64,000 bases of DNA, from assembly GCA_964399265.1 (NCBI GenBank), contig CAYNQF010000002.1, positions 3,444 through 67,443 of the forward strand, given 5' to 3'. The notes below the pieces were generated by a model that worked only from the letters and a program-made list of their open reading frames with translations, did not search any database and was not told the origin of the DNA. Source of the stretch: an uncultured bacterium. Lineage in GTDB: Bacteria; Joyebacterota; Joyebacteria; Joyebacterales; Joyebacteraceae. The position numbers and the translations under genes are program-made. Position 1 is the first letter of the stretch; every line of letters starts with the position of its first letter. This document shows positions 58,227-64,000 of the stretch, in pieces.

Positions 58227-59829
58227 CCTCGAGCCTTCCGTCCGGGGCTTCCGGATTCAACACGCCCTCGTTCCCCACGATCTCCTCGAGTATCGAGTAG
58301 AAGGTCGAGTACGTGTTCTCCATGTCCCTGCCGTACTTGCCGAACCAGAAGTAGCCGTCTCCGTCCTTGTTGACGATGAAGCTGTTGCTGAGGACGCGGT
58401 AATCGCGGTCGTCCTCCAGCGGCTGCCAGCTCCCGTCCGGGCCCTCGACCTCCACGCTGGTGACCCTCTCGCCGGGCACGGCGACGACCCATCCACCGGA
58501 ACCGTCCTGCTCGATCTCCTGAGCGGTTCGCGACATGTCTATCGCGTACCTCATGCCCGAGACGTGCATGAGGCCGCCCTCGCCGAAGCTGGCGGCGCTG
58601 TGTTCGAGGATGTCCCTCAGATGACCGCCGTCGATCGTGAGCATGATCGCATCGTTGCCGAACTCGTCGATAGACCGGAGCATGACGTCAGTGACCGGGC
58701 CGGGCTCGTATACCTTCTTGCCCCGAAAGGCTCCCGCGTTGTTCATCACGATGTCGACCCCGAACTTCTCTCGCATCCTGTCGTTGACCAGGTTTGCCAC
58801 CGCGGACTCCCCGCCCCGCACTGCACTGGACGAGAGGTCCCAAGCGACGCCGGTCGTGCCCAGCACCACGGCCCCGGGGAGCGAATCACGGTAGACGGCG
58901 AGACGTCCGTCGACGTCGGGCGCGGCGGCCACGGCGTCCGTGATAGGTACCATCTGGTAGTGGACCGTCTCCGGCAGCAGATTCCCATCGGCGTCGGTCT
59001 CCACGTCCAGGCGCATGAGGTGCGTGCCGCCGTATCCACCCGCGACGACGAACGTGTTACCGACGCGGACCGGCTCTTCGACGTAGCTGTGCGAGTGGCC
59101 GCCGAAGATGATGTCGATGCCCGGGACCCCTCGTGCCAGCGCCTCGTCGTTGTCGAGGCCTATGTGAGTCAGCGCGACGATGACCTGGGCGCCGCGGTCC
59201 TCGAGTTCGAGCACCGCGCGCCTGGCGGTCTCGACGTTGTCACCGGTCAGGATTACGTCGCCCGGGCTCGAGAGGTAAGGGAGCCCTTCCGTGATGAGAG
59301 AGAAGTATCCTACGCGGAGTCCGTCGTAGTCCTCGACCAGCACGGGCACGCAGGTTCCCTCCAGGGCCGTGTCCTCGACGGCCAGGTCGGAGCATATGAA
59401 GTCGAAGTCGGCCGACGCGAGCGCAGCCGCCAGCTCCTCGGGACCCTTGTCGAACTCGTGGTTGCCGAAGACCGCGATCTCGTACCCGGCGTCGGACATG
59501 AGGCCGTAGATGGCGCGCCCTCCGAACGAGTGGAAGTAGAGGTCGGAGAGCGCGTCGCCGGAGAAGACGACCGCGACGGTCCCGGGGTTCTCTTGCTCAA
59601 CGTCGCGAATCACCGTGGCGATGCGGGCGATGCCGCCCGTCGACACGGTCTCGTCCACTCCGTCTCCGTCCGAGTCGACGATCGACGGATACGACTCGAG
59701 CTGCCCGTGGATGTCGCCGAGCCCTATGATCGTGAGCTCGTGCCCCCTCGGGGACTGCGCGCAGGACGTGAGTAGAGCGCTCGCGACGGCGAGCGAGAGA
59801 ACTGTGAGCACTGTCGTCCTCGGTCTCAT
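58213..59829 (-). CDS. Bifunctional metallophosphatase / 5'-nucleotidase (UshA-like) lipoprotein
   Basis: Lipobox 'LLTSCAQ'; 'GLGDIHGQLE' and 'GNHEFD' metallophosphoesterase motifs; C-terminal 5'-nucleotidase-like half. Confidence 0.8.
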   Translation of the reverse strand: MRPRTTVLTVLSLAVASALLTSCAQSPRGHELTIIGLGDIHGQLESYPSIVDSDGDGVDETVSTGGIARIATVIRDVEQENPGTVAVVFSGDALSDLYFHSFGGRAIYGLMSDAGYEIAVFGNHEFDKGPEELAAALASADFDFICSDLAVEDTALEGTCVPVLVEDYDGLRVGYFSLITEGLPYLSSPGDVILTGDNVETARRAVLELEDRGAQVIVALTHIGLDNDEALARGVPGIDIIFGGHSHSYVEEPVRVGNTFVVAGGYGGTHLMRLDVETDADGNLLPETVHYQMVPITDAVAAAPDVDGRLAVYRDSLPGAVVLGTTGVAWDLSSSAVRGGESAVANLVNDRMREKFGVDIVMNNAGAFRGKKVYEPGPVTDVMLRSIDEFGNDAIMLTIDGGHLRDILEHSAASFGEGGLMHVSGMRYAIDMSRTAQEIEQDGSGGWVVAVPGERVTSVEVEGPDGSWQPLEDDRDYRVLSNSFIVNKDGDGYFWFGKYGRDMENTYSTFYSILEEIVGNEGVLNPEAPDGRLEVTGM

Positions 59830-60150
59830 GACGTCTCCGATTCCGTAGGATGGTGAACGTGCGCGTCTGATGTTCCGAGAAGATAAGTTACCACGTTGCG
59901 ACGCTCCCGAAAACAGATGAGGCATCGTTCATGTTCAAGACGAAGCTATCCCAAAGGCATCATTAAGGTGTAGGGTAGTTGACGAAGCCTCAGGTGTGCT
60001 CCACAGTGTCGAGAGCCGCCCCAACGATACGCTGCGGCCTCTTCGGACCTCTCCACGCGTTCCACTCCCCGGTCACAGCGGCGGCCCTCGGGCGCCCCTC
60101 ACGAGTCACGTGTCCGCGCGCCGGCCCCACCAGCAGGAAGGGAGCAGGAT

Positions 60151-62871
60151 ATGTCGTGCGCTACTGTCTGGCGCGCGGCGGCCACGCGTTATGCGGTCGC
60201 GGCCGTCACGCTGTACGTGTTGTGTGCGCTCGCTGTCCTTTCGTCGCCGGCCGCGGCCGGCGTCCAGCCGACCGATGAGGTCTCGGGCCCGCGCGGAGAC
60301 GACGCGATCGGACCCGCGGCCGGGAACCAGTACGATCCTTACATTGCGCGCGGGGGGGATGAGTTCCTGGCCGTGTGGGTCGACGAGAGATCGGTCGTCC
60401 CGGGCGACGACTTCGAGTACCCGACCTATCAGGACGTATACGCGGCTCGTCTCGACTCGACCGGCGCCCTGATCGACGAGACTCCCATCATCATTTCTGA
60501 CGATGTGGGAGACGAGTACGACCCGCGCGCGGCCTGGAACGGACAGAACTGGCTCGTGACGTGGGAGAGCAGAGTCCCGGGTGGAACCATTCCCAGGGTG
60601 CTGGCAACGCGCATCCGGCCCGACGGTGAGGTGCTGGATGACCCTCCGATCGAGGTCGACCCCGACCCGGTCGGAACGATCGACTTCGTCGCCATGGGTA
60701 GCGACGGCGACGAGTGGATGGTGCTCCTGAAGGAGACGTACCAGAGCGGCATCAACACGGAGACCGTCCTTCGCGGCGCCCGGGTCTCGGCGGCAGGCTC
60801 TCGCGTGGGCAGCCCCGTCACGCTCTTCCACCCGTCGTGCTGCTATTTCTTCTCGGTCGGCGGACTCGCCTACGCCGACGGGGTTTACCTCCTGGTGATG
60901 GAGTGCATACCAGACATCTATGCGCACTCCGGCATCTGCGGACTCAGGATAACTCCCGCTCTCGCGAACCTCGACGGCTATCCCTTTGAGATTGCTCTCA
61001 CGAGCGACTACTTCAGGACGGCCTCCGCGGCGAGCAACGGGTCCTCCTTCTTCGTCGGGTGGGAACGCTACATGTCTTACCCGCCACCGATCACGGACCC
61101 GTTCTGTGCGAGAGTGACCACGGGCGGAGTGTCGCTCGACCATCCCGACGGCATCGAGTTGTGGGGAGGGGTAGGATCCGGAGCGGCCAGGGTGCCGACG
61201 GTGACGTGGGATGGCACGAACTGGATCGCGTCCTGGACCGACGACTCGGGAGCGCGCGTCGCGCGCGTCGCAACCGACGGGACCGTACTGGACCCTGGCG
61301 GCGTGAGCCTCCATGCCTTTGGGGCAGACTCGAGCACGCCCGCGTCTGGCGGCATAAGGCTGGCATGGGAGCACGACAGCGCGGGCGGAGATAGGCCCTA
61401 CGACGTAAGCTCGGTCTTCGTGTCCAGCAGCATCTCGGCGGGCCCGCCGACCGCGTTGTCGGTTGGTGCGCCGTCGCATCACCTGGCGGACGCGGCGGTC
61501 GGCTCGAGCGACACGCTCCTCGTCTTCAGGAGCGACGTTTCGGGAGAGATGCGGATCATCGCCGAGACCTCGGCCGACTACGCAGGCGTGGGCAAGGTGG
61601 GTCCGGTCACGATCGCGATGGGGCAGTATCTGTCGGGTCCTGCCGTGGCCTGGAACGGGTCGGTCTACCTCGTGACCTGGGCCGATGAGTCGACAGACAC
61701 CATCTACGCCGTGAGGATGCAGCCCGGCGGGACCATCCTCGACTCGCCCGCCATCACCGTGATGTCGGGCCGCGAGCCCGACGCGGCCGCGTCCGGAGCC
61801 GACTTCCTCGTGGCGGGGACCGACGAGTACGGAGCGGCGACCGTGAGGCGGGCGTACGGCGCCAGGGTCAGGGGAACTGACGGAGCGGTGCTCGACGCCA
61901 CGCCCCTCACTCTCGGCCAGAGTTACGCGATGCGACCGCGCGCCGCCGGCTTCTCGGACAGGTGGGTCGTGACGTGGGAGCGCCGCCCGTCCTACGACAG
62001 CGAACAGGCTGACATCTGGGCCGCGTTCGTGAGCGGCGTCGGTGTCGTCGGTGGCGAGTTCGGCGTGGCGACCGATCACGCGACGTCCGACCGGCACTAC
62101 AACCCGGCGGTGGACACCAGCATCGGCTTGGCGCTGATCGTGTGGGAGGACACACGGACCTACCCGAACGACGACTGGAACCTGTACGGTCGACGGCTGC
62201 TGGTGACGGGGGACTTCCTGGATGCGGAGAACGGGTTTGCAGTCGCGACCGAATCCCCCGATGAGCGGAGGTCGGCCGTAGCGTGGAACGGCGTCAACTT
62301 CCAGGTCGCCTACGAGGTAAGCGAACAGTTCAACTACTTCTTCCACACCAAGCCGGACGTCTACGGCATACGCGTCAACCAGGACGGCACGCTGCAGAGT
62401 TCACACGGGTTTCCGATCGAGGACTCGGCCGAGCAGGACGTGAGGCCTGCCGTTGCCGGCGACGGCGCAGGCGGCTCCGTCGTCGTGAGTTCGTCGTTCA
62501 TGGGCGAATACCCCTACGCCTCCTACAGGCTGTCAGCCGCACGGCTCAGCGACGGAACGAGTGGAGTGCCGCAGCCGCAGCAGGTTGCCGGCACGGTCAG
62601 CTACTTGTCGCCGGCCTTCCCGAACCCATCGGGCGAGGGAACGTCCCTGCGCTTCACGCTGTCGGGCGAAACGCACGCCGACGTGTCGGTCTACGACGTC
62701 TCGGGCCGCCTCGTGCGGCGTCTCCTGGACGAGAGACTTCCCGCCGGCCAGCACGGCGTGGAGTGGGATGGTCACACCGATGCGGGGCAGCGCGTGGCGG
62801 CCGGGATCTACCTGCTGGCGGTAGACGCCGGCAGCTATCACGGAACCAGAAAGGTGGCACTCCTCAGGTAG
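60151..62871 (+). CDS. Large secreted repeat (probable beta-propeller) protein with C-terminal FlgD-like sorting domain
   Basis: Signal peptide; recurring 'AWNGxNWLVTW' / 'VTWDGTNWIASW' / 'VAWNGSVYLVTW' blades; C-terminal 'FPNPSGEGTSLRF...VYDVSGRLVRRL...GIYLLAV...KVALLR'. Confidence 0.6.
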   Translation: MSCATVWRAAATRYAVAAVTLYVLCALAVLSSPAAAGVQPTDEVSGPRGDDAIGPAAGNQYDPYIARGGDEFLAVWVDERSVVPGDDFEYPTYQDVYAARLDSTGALIDETPIIISDDVGDEYDPRAAWNGQNWLVTWESRVPGGTIPRVLATRIRPDGEVLDDPPIEVDPDPVGTIDFVAMGSDGDEWMVLLKETYQSGINTETVLRGARVSAAGSRVGSPVTLFHPSCCYFFSVGGLAYADGVYLLVMECIPDIYAHSGICGLRITPALANLDGYPFEIALTSDYFRTASAASNGSSFFVGWERYMSYPPPITDPFCARVTTGGVSLDHPDGIELWGGVGSGAARVPTVTWDGTNWIASWTDDSGARVARVATDGTVLDPGGVSLHAFGADSSTPASGGIRLAWEHDSAGGDRPYDVSSVFVSSSISAGPPTALSVGAPSHHLADAAVGSSDTLLVFRSDVSGEMRIIAETSADYAGVGKVGPVTIAMGQYLSGPAVAWNGSVYLVTWADESTDTIYAVRMQPGGTILDSPAITVMSGREPDAAASGADFLVAGTDEYGAATVRRAYGARVRGTDGAVLDATPLTLGQSYAMRPRAAGFSDRWVVTWERRPSYDSEQADIWAAFVSGVGVVGGEFGVATDHATSDRHYNPAVDTSIGLALIVWEDTRTYPNDDWNLYGRRLLVTGDFLDAENGFAVATESPDERRSAVAWNGVNFQVAYEVSEQFNYFFHTKPDVYGIRVNQDGTLQSSHGFPIEDSAEQDVRPAVAGDGAGGSVVVSSSFMGEYPYASYRLSAARLSDGTSGVPQPQQVAGTVSYLSPAFPNPSGEGTSLRFTLSGETHADVSVYDVSGRLVRRLLDERLPAGQHGVEWDGHTDAGQRVAAGIYLLAVDAGSYHGTRKVALLR

Positions 62872-63159
62872 CGCATCAGTAGCTACCTCCCGGCCCCGGG
62901 CGGCAGCCAGCCCAATGCCCGGGGCCGGGACCTTCTTGTCAGCACCCCTCACTTACTGGCCAATCTGCCTCAACTGGGCGCATTCCCAGGCACGCTTGAT
63001 GCTATTCCCCTATTGATGTCTGCGTCAGATATGAGGTTTCGGCTGACAGAAGCCGGACGCGCTTGCGCCCGGCACGGCGGCTGCCTGCGGGCGCCGCCGC
63101 GAGAGGTGTTTGCGGAGAGCACCGACGATAGTCCGAGAGCGGAACGGAGGTCGGAAGAA

Positions 63160-64000
63160 ATGTGGTCCAAGGCCAAGGATTCGAGGTGGGTGGTTCTCGC
63201 CGCCGTCATCGCCGCGCTGGCGTTCGCGGCGCTGATGCCTGCGGTGTGCGCCGCCAGGGAGTACGTCGTGCTTGTCGACTGCACCGGCACGATGCGGTAT
63301 CAGGGACGCGGTGACGCGACGATGCAGGCTCTGAGCGACTTCGTCCGCGCGGTCAACCCCGGCGACTTCGTTACCATCTACGGCTACGGCGAGGAGCCGT
63401 TCCCGGCGCTTGCCGAGTACCCGTGGCGCGTCGAGTCCGGTGACACGTGGACCGCGATGAACAGGCATCTCACGCTGCCGTTCGACGCCGACAGGACCGA
63501 CATCACCAAGGGTCTCGACCTCGTGTGGAGTGAGCGTGAACTCGTGCTTCCGTCCGCCTTCGAGTCGTCTTCGAAGTCGCGCAGTGCGAACTCGTGCGTG
63601 GTGCTCCTCACCGACGGCAAGCTCATACCCTGTTATGACGACTACTCGAAGTACGACTCGATATACTCCAAGAGCAGAACCAGGCTCCTGGAGTTGGCCA
63701 AGTTGTTCGGAGACGCAGGGATCTCCGTCTACTCGATCGGGCTCGGCAGCGAAGACAAGGTCGACGGAGAACTTCTGTCGGAGGTATCGCGCAGGACCGG
63801 CGGGAAGTACCTGCACTCCGCGACCAGCGGACAGCTTGCCGCCGTCTTCGGCACGCTCATCGCCGAGATAGCCGAACCTCACTCCGGCGGGAACGAGAAG
63901 GTCGCCGCTGCCACACCGGCAACGCGGGCGCCTGTTGCGAGCGTGGACGTGGCGACGGCCGCGCCTGCTGATGCGTGGAACCACGAGGAGCCGGTGCAGG
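63160..64000 (+). CDS. von Willebrand factor type A (vWA) domain protein, 3' end outside window
   Basis: Signal peptide; 'YVVLVDCTGTM' and 'CVVLLTDGK' MIDAS-region motifs; open to the window end; GGAACGGAGG RBS. Confidence 0.65.
   Translation, partial: MWSKAKDSRWVVLAAVIAALAFAALMPAVCAAREYVVLVDCTGTMRYQGRGDATMQALSDFVRAVNPGDFVTIYGYGEEPFPALAEYPWRVESGDTWTAMNRHLTLPFDADRTDITKGLDLVWSERELVLPSAFESSSKSRSANSCVVLLTDGKLIPCYDDYSKYDSIYSKSRTRLLELAKLFGDAGISVYSIGLGSEDKVDGELLSEVSRRTGGKYLHSATSGQLAAVFGTLIAEIAEPHSGGNEKVAAATPATRAPVASVDVATAAPADAWNHEEPVQ

Noticed and set aside
60106-62346. 746-aa minus-strand ORF antisense to the repeat-protein gene, and similar long antisense ORFs (e.g. 2065-2973, 11332-12216, 12268-13458, 17110-17964, 20011-20982, 20871-22139, 27950-29272, 31087-31863, 33470-34426, 36587-37699, 39363-40661, 46062-47291, 47906-49312, 53440-54486, 58564-59775, 63025-63984)
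   Set aside because: These are typical high-GC shadow ORFs. They are Arg/Pro/Gly-rich, lack signal peptides, domains and an RBS, and have lower GC3 than the opposite or alternative frame that carries recognisable domains.

Overview
64 kb, high-GC (about 65-70 %) bacterial chromosomal fragment with dense coding on both strands and many antisense shadow ORFs typical of high-GC DNA. No rRNA, CRISPR array, transposase or integrase was recognisable. The window is dominated by a secretome: at least nine signal-peptide proteins end in the same ~75-aa FlgD-like/T9SS-type C-terminal domain ('NxPNPFNP...YDVxGRLVRxL...WDGxDxxGxxVAxGVYFYRL...KMVLLK/R'). These are a C25 gingipain-like protease, an amidohydrolase, an LVIVD-repeat protein, a GH13 amylase, a GH27 alpha-galactosidase, an endonuclease-I nuclease, an M1 aminopeptidase and two repeat proteins. 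Three other secreted proteins end in a different, short, strictly C-terminal motif, 'GSPVxxSWGxIKALYR-COOH'. I could not match this motif to any sorting signal I know, and it is the most likely candidate for something undescribed.

The second notable feature is a ~2.1-kb module present twice (8056-10201 and 23318-25458). Each copy has a near-consensus sigma70 promoter driving a ~79-nt leader/small RNA that ends in an intrinsic terminator. It is followed by a cspA-family cold-shock gene, a second terminator, and a TTG-initiated B12-binding radical SAM (DUF4070) gene. This arrangement suggests a Csp-dependent attenuation/antitermination circuit.

Housekeeping and accessory genes include katG, tRNA-Asn(GTT), amt, an MFS transporter, an OmpA-family protein, galT, and a 1591-aa PAS/GAF hybrid histidine kinase behind a perfect sigma54 promoter. 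A phosphate/nucleotide-scavenging set (nuclease, class B acid phosphatase, 5'-nucleotidase) is also present. A NikR-controlled divergent Ni/Co ECF-transporter locus (nikR-cbiQ-cbiO versus cbiM(PDGLE)-DUF4126) carries a GTGTTAC-N14-GTAACAC operator. A family of ~70-nt intergenic repeats (GTTCGAAT...CCGTCCACC...GGAGCC..CATA plus a GC hairpin) lies downstream of several plus-strand genes.

All family calls are from motif recognition by eye; no database searches were run.
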